Shown: positions 1-7,288, counted from the stretch's first letter. The stretch is DNA of 16,000 nucleotides from an uncultured Gammaproteobacteria bacterium (GCA_964517515.1 CAZFEM010000020.1:3076-19075); one strand, 5' to 3'. Notes: generated from the letters alone by a model not told the origin. Made by a program: numbers and translations.

Positions 1-192
1 ATTGCGATTGCAGATGAACGCGACACTGAGTCAGAGGGAATGCGTTTAGCAAAAAAATATACCGTTGAACGTGCGCCTTTTTTCTTAGTTGAAGATGACA
101 GCGGTGACGTGCAGATGTTCGATGTTTATTTTAAATTTAAAAAGTACATGGCTGAGTTAGGCTTTGGTACCAAGTCTGTCAGTAATTTATAA
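1..192 (+). CDS. C-terminal fragment of a small thioredoxin/glutaredoxin-fold protein (5' end outside window)
   Basis: Frame 1 is open from the window edge to TAA at 190-192. Translation: IAIADERDTESEGMRLAKKYTVERAPFFLVEDDSGDVQMFDVYFKFKKYMAELGFGTKSVSNL*. The pattern 'AKKYxV..xPxFxV.D..G' resembles the C-terminal half of small thioredoxin-fold proteins. Any CxxC motif would lie upstream of the window, so the function is unverified. Confidence 0.45.
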   Translation: MAIADERDTESEGMRLAKKYTVERAPFFLVEDDSGDVQMFDVYFKFKKYMAELGFGTKSVSNL

Positions 193-353
193 AGCGCGGC
201 CTCACCCTAACAAGTAAATGGATACCACTTTACTCCTCAAAATAGCCTTTGTAGTTTTTATTTTTGCTTTCCCTATTTACCTAGTCTATTTATTGATTAA
301 ATCGAATAAAGATAATTAACTAGTCGACCTATTCCGATTTGTAAATAGTATTA

Positions 354-2963
354 CTAAGCCAACGCTTTAGAAACGATTTCTCGAACATCTTTAGCTAAAT
401 CTGTTTCTGCATTAATTCTCTGAAGTTGTTGTGACATCATTGATTGATAAGGCTCATCATAGGCACGCCAATTATTAAATTGCCCAACTAAACGTGCTGC
501 GATCTGAGGATTAATGCCATTTAGTTCAATAATTCGATCCGCCAATAATTCATAACCAGCACCATCAGCTTGATGAAAACCAGGCAGATTGCTTGTAAAA
601 GCCCCTACTAAGGATCTAACTTTATTCGGATTACGAATGGAAAAAGAAGTGTGCTTAAGCAATGATCTTACCGTACCAATTGTATTTACTTTTGGCGCTG
701 TCGCTTGCATAGCAAACCACTTATCAAGGACGAGTGTATCGTGCTGCCAATGCGCATAAAAATCATCAACTACTTTTTCTGCTTGTTCATAATTTGAGTG
801 CACCAATGCAGCAAACGCTGCCAAACGGTCAGTCATATTATTAGCATTATTATATTGCTCATAAGCTAATTGGTAATATTGTGGTTTTTCACAACTAACT
901 AAATAAGCAAGAGCGGTATTCTTTAATGAACGAGATGCCATAGCTTGCGAACTTAAAGAAAACTCTTTATCAATATTGTTTTCTTGATACAGGCGCAACA
1001 ACGGTTCGTTAAGGTCATTTGCTAAACGAGTCACTACTTGTGTACGTATTTCATGTACTCGTAGCGGGTCGATAGGCTTACATTGCTCGGCAATATAGGT
1101 GGCGGCAGGTAAGGACAGCATTTCCGCTAATATGGCTTTATCATCAGGCGCGTTATTAATTAATAATAGCAACGCATCATGTAATTGTTGATAAACCTCA
1201 GTATCAATTGCGATTTTTGACTTGATGGCCGGCAACATTAAATTAAGACTCAAACGCTGTACTGCTTCCCACCGCGAAAAACCATTTTTATCAAATTTAA
1301 TGAGATGAGCTAATTCATCATTACTTTGCTCAAACGAAATGGTTATTGGTGCAGAAAAATCACGTAATAAAGAAACGACTGGAGCTTGTTCAAATTCACT
1401 AAATTGAAAAGATTGTTGCGACTCAGTGATGGCAATATTTACTTCTTCTTGTTGATTGCCATGATTATCAATTAGCGCCAATTTCACTGGTATATGAAAT
1501 GGTTTCTTGGTTTTTTGACCAGGCGTTGGCGGGCAACTTTGTTTAAAGTCTAAGCTTACAATACCGTTTTGCTTATCGAACTTTTGTTCTACTTTTAAAT
1601 TTGGTGTGCCCGACTGTGTGTACCATAAACGAAATTGATTCAAATCGATTTCGTTCGCCTGTTCAATGCTTTGGACAAAATCTTCAGTTGTAACTGCTTG
1701 CCCATCAAATCGATCAAAATATAAGTCGGTGCCTTTGCGAAAACCATCCACACCCACAAGGCTATGTAACATACGAATAACTTCCGCGCCTTTTTCATAA
1801 ATTGTGACCGTATAAAAATTATTAATTTCTTGATAAGAGTCAGGTCTGACCGGATGCGCCATTGGTCCAGCATCTTCTTTAAATTGATAATTACGAAGCA
1901 CTTGCACATCACGAATACGTTTGACAGCAGCAGAGCCCATATCAGCACTAAATTGTTGATCGCGAAAAACCGTAAAGCCTTCTTTTAAACTCAACTGAAA
2001 CCAATCTCGACAAGTAACGCGATTTCCTGACCAGTTATGAAAATACTCATGACCAATAACGCTCTCTATTCCTTCGTAATCACTATCAGTAGCGGAATTT
2101 TGGTCTGCTAAAACATATTTAGAATTAAAGACATTTAGACCTTTATTCTCCATCGCGCCCATATTGAAATCATCAACCGCAACGATATTGTAAATATCCA
2201 AGTCATACTCTCGTCCATAGACTTCTTCGTCCCACCGCATGGAGTTCTTAAGTGACTCCATCGCATGATTACATTTGTCGATATTATGTGCCTGCGTATA
2301 AATGTTTAAGATGACTTTATTACCGCTAGCAGTGACAAAATGATCGTTTATGTTCAGTAAATCACCTGCTACAAGTGCAAACAAATAGCTTGGTTTGGGG
2401 TGAGGGTCGTACCAACGACACCAATGCGTGTCATCATTATTTTCCCCTGACGAATGTGGATTACCATTGGAAAGCAAAATAGGATAAGTAGCTTTGTCAG
2501 CTGTTATCGTCACATCGTAGATTGCTAAAACATCGGGACGATCAGGAAAAAATGTAATGCGACGAAACCCCTCCGCCTCGCATTGCGTACAAAAATTACC
2601 ACTAGACTGATATAAACCTGACAACTCTGTATTTAAATGCGGCTGCATCGTCGTGACGATTTGCAATTCAAATTCGTCTGGTAAATTGTTCAAGGTCAAC
2701 GATTTACTATCGAGTTGGTACTGCTCAGAATTAATTAAATTGTTGTCGAGCCTTATGCTTTCTAATTGTATTTTTTCACCATCTAGAACGAGAGCTTCGT
2801 CATGCTCTCCATTACGCTTAATGGACAAAACAGATGTGACGGATGTGGTCTCCCCTAATTGAAAATCCAGTTTAACATTGGTGATTTTATAAGGTGGCGA
2901 TACATAGTCGCGTAAGTAAATTGTCGTATTCCCCATACTAGGAGATAAATCATTTTCTAACAT
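354..2963 (-). CDS. pepN: Aminopeptidase N (M1 family zinc metallopeptidase)
   Basis: 869-aa ORF. It has the GAMEN exopeptidase motif (FNMGAMENKGLNVF) and a HEYFH-x18-E gluzincin zinc site (GHEYFHNWSGNRVTCRDWFQLSLKEGF). Length and C-terminal helical domain are typical of PepN. Confidence 0.97.
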   Translation of the reverse strand: MLENDLSPSMGNTTIYLRDYVSPPYKITNVKLDFQLGETTSVTSVLSIKRNGEHDEALVLDGEKIQLESIRLDNNLINSEQYQLDSKSLTLNNLPDEFELQIVTTMQPHLNTELSGLYQSSGNFCTQCEAEGFRRITFFPDRPDVLAIYDVTITADKATYPILLSNGNPHSSGENNDDTHWCRWYDPHPKPSYLFALVAGDLLNINDHFVTASGNKVILNIYTQAHNIDKCNHAMESLKNSMRWDEEVYGREYDLDIYNIVAVDDFNMGAMENKGLNVFNSKYVLADQNSATDSDYEGIESVIGHEYFHNWSGNRVTCRDWFQLSLKEGFTVFRDQQFSADMGSAAVKRIRDVQVLRNYQFKEDAGPMAHPVRPDSYQEINNFYTVTIYEKGAEVIRMLHSLVGVDGFRKGTDLYFDRFDGQAVTTEDFVQSIEQANEIDLNQFRLWYTQSGTPNLKVEQKFDKQNGIVSLDFKQSCPPTPGQKTKKPFHIPVKLALIDNHGNQQEEVNIAITESQQSFQFSEFEQAPVVSLLRDFSAPITISFEQSNDELAHLIKFDKNGFSRWEAVQRLSLNLMLPAIKSKIAIDTEVYQQLHDALLLLINNAPDDKAILAEMLSLPAATYIAEQCKPIDPLRVHEIRTQVVTRLANDLNEPLLRLYQENNIDKEFSLSSQAMASRSLKNTALAYLVSCEKPQYYQLAYEQYNNANNMTDRLAAFAALVHSNYEQAEKVVDDFYAHWQHDTLVLDKWFAMQATAPKVNTIGTVRSLLKHTSFSIRNPNKVRSLVGAFTSNLPGFHQADGAGYELLADRIIELNGINPQIAARLVGQFNNWRAYDEPYQSMMSQQLQRINAETDLAKDVREIVSKALA

Positions 2964-2978
2964 ATCAAACCTGAAATT

Positions 2979-3809
2979 TTAATGGTTAAACTCAGTCCAC
3001 ACTGGCGTGAGACTAGTGGGCAACTCTGTTGCAGAACCAAGACGCGCCCAAGCTTGATCTGGCGAATGAAAATCTGAACCAATAGACGCTAATAAGTCAT
3101 ACTGCAAGGCAAGTTTGGTTAACATGTTTTGTTGGTCCGCATCGGTGATCGGTGTTGATATTTCTATACCTCGCACTCCTACATCGATCATGGCATTAAT
3201 CAATTTTATCAATTTCGTACGAGTAAATTTATAACGCATAGGGTGTGCTAACACTGCAATACCGCCTGCTTCGTTAATAGCCTGCGCAATCTCATTTAGC
3301 TCTGACCACTGCATAGGAATATAGCCAGGCTTACCTCGAACCAAATAGCGTTTAAACGCTTGATTCTTGTTTTTAGCAAGACCTAATTCAATCAATGCTT
3401 GAGCAAAGTGAGGTCGGGTTGGATTGCCGCGCCCAGCTAATAGTTTATTTACTGGCTCACGTAAATCAATCTCATGCTTTTCAAAATCAACAAACATTTG
3501 CTCTGCTCGATCCAAGCGACGTTGTTTATTTTGTGCAACAATTTCAGCCAAAGCTTTATTTTCAGGATCAATATTTAAACCCAAGACATGCAAAAGTTGA
3601 TTTTCCCAAGTACAAGAAAGTTCAATGCCATTAATCAATGTTAAGTCATATTGCTGAGCTGTTATTTGTGCAGCTTCTAATCCCGCCACTGTATCGTGGT
3701 CAGTCAGAGCTAAATGTGTGATCTCTCTTTCCTGAGCAAGACTGACTAGTGCAGCAGGACTAAGGTCTCCATCTGAAAAATATGAATGACAATGTAGATC
3801 AAATTTCAT
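2979..3809 (-). CDS. trpH: PHP-domain phosphoesterase of the TrpH/YciV (RNase AM) family
   Basis: 276-aa ORF. N-terminal PHP signature MKFDLHCHSYFSDGDLSP...THLALTDHDTVAGL, plus later metal-ligand His/Asp (VLAHPMRY, GSDFH). The stop lies 15 nt upstream of the pepN start, and the start lies 6 nt downstream of the thpR stop. Confidence 0.85.
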   Translation of the reverse strand: MKFDLHCHSYFSDGDLSPAALVSLAQEREITHLALTDHDTVAGLEAAQITAQQYDLTLINGIELSCTWENQLLHVLGLNIDPENKALAEIVAQNKQRRLDRAEQMFVDFEKHEIDLREPVNKLLAGRGNPTRPHFAQALIELGLAKNKNQAFKRYLVRGKPGYIPMQWSELNEIAQAINEAGGIAVLAHPMRYKFTRTKLIKLINAMIDVGVRGIEISTPITDADQQNMLTKLALQYDLLASIGSDFHSPDQAWARLGSATELPTSLTPVWTEFNH

Positions 3810-3815
3810 AATGCA

Positions 3816-4379
3816 CTAACTTACCCAATCAAGTTCATCTAAAGGTAAACGAAATAACGGTTCATATTCTGCTCCCGTAGGAGTTAAGATACTTTCGTAA
3901 ATTATTACTTCATTAATGTCTAACATTAAATCAAGATTATTTGGAATACCGCCAGCAAATGCATTTCTCGAGTGTCGATATCGACCTAAGGTAATGTGAG
4001 GTAAAAACTTACGCTTATCAAAATTAATCGACGTGGCCATAATAGAATTAATAACTTGATTCTGTAATTCTACCAAGTCTTGTGTTTTTTCAAGCATAGC
4101 AGCAATTAATTTTGGTCTGCTTTCTGGAAAGGGACTTAAATGCGTAATAGGGACTTGAAACCCTTGTTCTGGTAATACTTCATCCAATCGTTCGGCTAAC
4201 TCCTCTAAAGCGCCTTCATTCTGATCACCTAAAAAAGCTAAGGTAATGTGGTAATTAGATTGGTCAACCCAACGCACCGCATTGCTTTTATCTTGGTAAG
4301 CCATTTTTGCCGAACAATCTCCTAGCACATTAGCGTGATCACCAATAATAGGAATAGCAACGAAAGCTCGAATAGACAT
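3816..4379 (-). CDS. thpR: RNA 2',3'-cyclic phosphodiesterase (2H phosphoesterase, ThpR/LigT family)
   Basis: 187-aa ORF. It carries the two diagnostic HxT/Sx motifs of the 2H superfamily (NYHITLAFLGD and LPHITLGRY). The size and the N-terminal beta strand (RAFVAIPI) match E. coli ThpR. Confidence 0.85.
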   Translation of the reverse strand: MSIRAFVAIPIIGDHANVLGDCSAKMAYQDKSNAVRWVDQSNYHITLAFLGDQNEGALEELAERLDEVLPEQGFQVPITHLSPFPESRPKLIAAMLEKTQDLVELQNQVINSIMATSINFDKRKFLPHITLGRYRHSRNAFAGGIPNNLDLMLDINEVIIYESILTPTGAEYEPLFRLPLDELDWVS

Positions 4380-4745
4380 GATTTAGCGACAGCAAATTGA
4401 TTAGTATTTATTCTATAGCTTAATAATAACAGTCAAATATCTAAATCAAAGCACTAACTTTTATTGCATGAAAACTGAGCTCTCACCCGCAAAATATCAA
4501 CGAATCTTGAACATATTGAGTATTTTTAGCTAACTCACGTTTTTTTATTAGCATATAAGGCATATTCTTCAACGAATTTTAATTAGATGGATTGGATGTT
4601 TGTTCAGTAAACGTTCATCTTTGATCATTCATACTAGATTTGTAGACAGTTTTGGTTAGAATGCTTAATCAATTTTTATCAACAAATTTATAATTAAGTT
4701 TTATTACTTAATACTTATTAATCACAATACTAATTGGAGTTTTTC

Positions 4746-5168
4746 ATGTTTAAATATGTAACCACTTTAAAAGCCGCTCTTATTACTGCCGCACTATCTT
4801 TGGTTCTTTCTGCTTCTGTGAATGCAGTTGAAGCAGATGGTAACAGCGCTGTTAGTAAGAATTTTAAAACAGTTGGCCGTAGCTTACGCGGTTTAGGTAG
4901 TGCCAAATCAGCTGATGACTTAGTAAAAACATTAGCCCCTATTCGTGAAGCCGTAGTTGCTAATAAAGATGAAGTCCCTAGCTTTATGACCGAAGGTTCA
5001 GAGGAGTTTCAAGCGTACCAAGATGGTCTCGACGACTTTATTGGCCGTATCGATGAAGTGATCGAGCTGGCTGAAGGTGGTGATTTAGATGGCGCAATGG
5101 CTAAAGCATCAAGCCTTCGAGATGTTCGAAATGAGTATCACGACAAATTCAACATCGAAGGTAACTAA
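4746..5168 (+). CDS. Periplasmic cytochrome b562-family four-helix-bundle protein (paralog 1)
   Basis: The track ORF starts at TTG 4734, but ATG 4746 follows a GGAG (4736-4739) with a 6-nt spacer, so I use 4746. Sec signal peptide MFKYVTTLKAALITAALSLVLSASVNA|VEAD. The C-terminal half IGRIDEVIELAEGGDLDGAMAKASSLRDVRNEYHDKF aligns without gaps to E. coli CybC [37 protein letters not shown], including the haem-ligand His (codon 5139-5141). Confidence 0.75.
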   Translation: MFKYVTTLKAALITAALSLVLSASVNAVEADGNSAVSKNFKTVGRSLRGLGSAKSADDLVKTLAPIREAVVANKDEVPSFMTEGSEEFQAYQDGLDDFIGRIDEVIELAEGGDLDGAMAKASSLRDVRNEYHDKFNIEGN

Positions 5169-5240
5169 TTTAGTTTAGAGCCAAGCTCTTAAAACACAGA
5201 ATTTTGTATTTAAATAGAAACACTATTATTGAGGTAAAAA

Positions 5241-5678
5241 ATGAATAAGCATTCAACTTTTAAAGCTCTTTTAACTGCTATCTTCTCTATTGCTGTAATG
5301 GCATCTGCTAGTCATTCAGCACATGCTGTGAAAGCAGACAAAGACAGCCTTATCAGCAAGAACTTCCAAGTATTGTCACGTAACTTCCGAAATATTGGCA
5401 ACGTTGATGATAACGATGAATTACTTGAACTTTTGCAAGAGTCACGTGCGCTAACTGTCGAAAATAAAGACGAAGTTCCAAGTTTCATGAAAGCTGACAC
5501 AGCTGAGTATCAAGAATATAGAGATGCAATTGACGAATTTCTACTTCGCATAGACGCTATGTTGGAATTTGCTGAAGCTGGCGATACTCAAGGTGCTATC
5601 GATCATTATAATAATAATGTTCGTGGTTCAAAAAGAGATTTCCACCGCCAATTTAATATTGAAGAGTCTCGTCGTTAA
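5241..5678 (+). CDS. Periplasmic cytochrome b562-family four-helix-bundle protein (paralog 2)
   Basis: 145-aa ORF. GAGG Shine-Dalgarno 7 nt upstream of the ATG. Signal peptide ending AHA|VKAD. It is collinear with paralog 1, roughly 40% identical by eye with one 1-aa indel. Both share the NKDEVPSFM block and the C-terminal His (RDFHRQF, codon 5643-5645). Confidence 0.75.
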   Translation: MNKHSTFKALLTAIFSIAVMASASHSAHAVKADKDSLISKNFQVLSRNFRNIGNVDDNDELLELLQESRALTVENKDEVPSFMKADTAEYQEYRDAIDEFLLRIDAMLEFAEAGDTQGAIDHYNNNVRGSKRDFHRQFNIEESRR

Positions 5679-5706
5679 TTAAAGACTTCAATTTATTTTT
5701 ACAAGA

Positions 5707-5738
5707 CGCGATATTGGCAACAATATCGCGTTTTCTTT
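5707..5738 (+). terminator. Rho-independent terminator after the b562-like gene pair
   Basis: Perfect 10-bp stem CGCGATATTG (5707-5716), GCAA tetraloop (5717-5720), CAATATCGCG (5721-5730), followed by TTTTCTTT. Confidence 0.8.
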
Positions 5739-5788
5739 ATACTGATACCCATCAATTTATTGCCCCTTGAACTACTCCTTATTTTGAA

Positions 5789-6307
5789 ATGAACAATCCA
5801 GAAAAAAAACTTGGCTGGGACATCATTACGCGCTTAACGCACTGGGTTGTCGCCGGCTTGTTCCTAGCAAATTACTACTATACTGATCCAGGTTATAACG
5901 CACATATTAATGTCGGTTGGATTCTTATGTGGCTCGTGCTTTTTCGTCTTGCTTGGGGATTTACCTTTGCCATGGGGCCGAATCGGATCATGAATTTTAT
6001 ACCTACTCCTAAAGGCTTGCGTGAACATATTCAGGAGCTTAAAGATCGCAAAGCTCATGATGATGTTGGTCATAACGCATTTGGCAGCTGCGCTGTTTTT
6101 TTATTATGGTTTGGTTTGTTATTCGCCGTTTTTACTGGCTGGTGTCAAGATACCGACTGGGGGTTTGAAAATGAAGTGTATGAATGGCATGATTTTACGG
6201 TAGAATATCTTTGGGTTTTAGTAATAGTGCATATTTCAGCAGTAGTGATGACATCTTTATGGTTGCGCATCAATCTTATAAAACAAATGATTGTTGGAAA
6301 GCGCTAA
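5789..6307 (+). CDS. Membrane di-haem cytochrome b, cytochrome b561 / PF01292 (Ni_hydr_CYTB)-type
   Basis: 172-aa ORF with four predicted TM helices. Family-typical features are the N-terminal RLTHW motif, GHNAFG before TM3, WH..(x13)..VHISAVV in TM4 and the C-terminal NLIKQMIVGKR. His18, His39, His95 and His134/148 are placed to ligate two haems. No obvious Shine-Dalgarno. Confidence 0.72.
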   Translation: MNNPEKKLGWDIITRLTHWVVAGLFLANYYYTDPGYNAHINVGWILMWLVLFRLAWGFTFAMGPNRIMNFIPTPKGLREHIQELKDRKAHDDVGHNAFGSCAVFLLWFGLLFAVFTGWCQDTDWGFENEVYEWHDFTVEYLWVLVIVHISAVVMTSLWLRINLIKQMIVGKR

Positions 6308-6396
6308 TTTAGAATAAAACCTAAATATTATTTTTTATATAAAGCTTATTGTGGGTCTTTTCAGTTAAATTAACCGCATTCTTTTAAAGTACATTC

Positions 6397-7038
6397 ATGA
6401 TGGAATCTGGCACAAATAGTAAACTACAAATTGGCGCAAATATCGCTATTTTACTTGGCCTAGTTATGGTTGCTTTTCAAATAAATCAAGCTAACGACAT
6501 TAGCTCTGCTGAGTTTCTTGATGCAGGCATTACTGCCGACAATGAACGACAACTAGCGATTCTTGGTGAAAACCCTAATGAATCAATGTACCGAGTTTTA
6601 CACGCTCCCGACACTGCAACACCCGAAGATTATTTTATTGCTGACCGCGTTTACGAAACTCTAACAGCACAAGTACAACGTTCAATTATGTTAACTGAGG
6701 CAGATTTATATCTTGGCTCTGTCCGTGGTCTAGTGCGTGATAATCATGAGCTTTTTGCATGCCCCTATGGCATTGCTTATCTTGACCAATTAGTGAATAG
6801 AATAGAAAGAAATATAAATGGTCAGAATGGCGGTGGTGGTAATGGCGGAGGAGATCGTGTCGCTTCTATTAATGAGGAATTTGTAGCTGCATTGCGACGC
6901 TTACGAAATCTTGCCTCAGCGGGTTATTCCAGAGGTGATTTTAATGAACGTATTAGCGCTACCGATGCATTAATTAAATCAGGTATCAGGCGGCAACGAC
7001 CCCGCACTGAAAACAATGATGACAATCAAGCACGATGA
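6397..7038 (+). CDS. Hypothetical membrane-anchored protein with a Gly-rich linker (no family recognised)
   Basis: 213-aa ORF. One N-terminal TM helix (LQIGANIAILLGLVMVAFQI), a helical soluble region, a low-complexity NGQNGGGGNGGGD stretch and a basic/acidic tail (RRQRPRTENNDDNQAR). No Shine-Dalgarno. The start could be ATG 6397 or ATG 6400. Confidence 0.55.
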   Translation: MMESGTNSKLQIGANIAILLGLVMVAFQINQANDISSAEFLDAGITADNERQLAILGENPNESMYRVLHAPDTATPEDYFIADRVYETLTAQVQRSIMLTEADLYLGSVRGLVRDNHELFACPYGIAYLDQLVNRIERNINGQNGGGGNGGGDRVASINEEFVAALRRLRNLASAGYSRGDFNERISATDALIKSGIRRQRPRTENNDDNQAR

Positions 7039-7231
7039 AAAACAGATGTTGTTACAAGAGCTTGCTGAACTAAAGCAAGAACACCGCGAATTAGATCTTT
7101 CAATTCAAAACTTAACAGAAGAAGTTAATGCTAATCAGATTGAAGTGGGGCGGCTTAAAAAACAAAAATTAAAACTCAAGGATGCAATTTCTCGTTTAGA
7201 AAGTAATTTAATTCCGGATCTGCACGCCTAA
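7016..7231 (+). CDS. DUF465 (YdcH-like) small coiled-coil protein
   Basis: 71-aa ORF. The core EHRELDLSI...RLKKQKLKLKDAISRLE matches the DUF465 signature (H..LD..I ... LKK.KL.LKDEI). The start is uncertain. ATG 7016/7019 overlaps the upstream ORF by 23 nt, and ATG 7046 would give 61 aa. Confidence 0.65.
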   Translation: MMTIKHDEKQMLLQELAELKQEHRELDLSIQNLTEEVNANQIEVGRLKKQKLKLKDAISRLESNLIPDLHA

Positions 7232-7260
7232 ATTTTTTAACCTATTTTCAAAAACATAAT

Positions 7261-7288
7261 AAAAAAGGCCGCAATGCGGCCTTTTTTA
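7261..7288. terminator. Bidirectional rho-independent terminator between the convergent DUF465 gene and metK
   Basis: AAAAAA-GGCCGC-AAT-GCGGCC-TTTTTT. The GC-rich 6-bp stem (7267-7281) is flanked by an A6 run and a T6 run, so it can serve both strands. Confidence 0.8.

Noticed and set aside
1640-2862. Track ORFs 1640..1948 (-) and 2653..2862 (+) inside pepN
   Set aside because: They are embedded in or antisense to a strongly supported 869-aa PepN frame. Their composition is low-complexity and Leu/Ser/Ile/Cys-rich, as expected for out-of-frame translation, with no motifs.
3395-3634. 79-aa plus-strand ORF inside trpH
   Set aside because: It is antisense to the PHP-domain gene and has no recognisable motif or start context.
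4468-4546. 21-codon ORF (MKTELSPAKYQRILNILSIFS) ending in a TGAGT/ACTCA hairpin plus T7 run, considered as a leader-peptide attenuator or small RNA
   Set aside because: The stem is only 5 bp with 2 GC pairs and an 11-nt loop, and there is no Shine-Dalgarno. The peptide has no run of regulatory codons, and it lies about 200 nt from the next gene. This is insufficient evidence in AT-rich DNA.
4621-4634. FNR-like half-site TTGAT-N4-CATAC and loosely Fur-box-like AT-rich sequence (about 4707-4735) upstream of the b562-like genes
   Set aside because: Only one FNR half-site matches. The Fur comparison by eye gave fewer than half the consensus positions. Neither is distinguishable from background AT-rich sequence.
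4734-4745. TTG 4734 as the start of b562-like paralog 1 (track coordinates)
   Set aside because: The TTG start would overlap the GGAG that is correctly spaced for ATG 4746. Starting at ATG 4746 gives a normal signal peptide (MFKYV...).
5177-5189. AGAGC-CAA-GCTCT hairpin between the two b562-like genes, considered as a terminator
   Set aside because: It is a 5-bp stem with no following T-run, so it is at most a minor mRNA structure.
5312-6203. Track ORFs 5312..5500 (-), 5864..6073 (-) and 6021..6203 (+)
   Set aside because: They are antisense to or out of frame with the b562-like and b561-like genes, which have clear family signatures.
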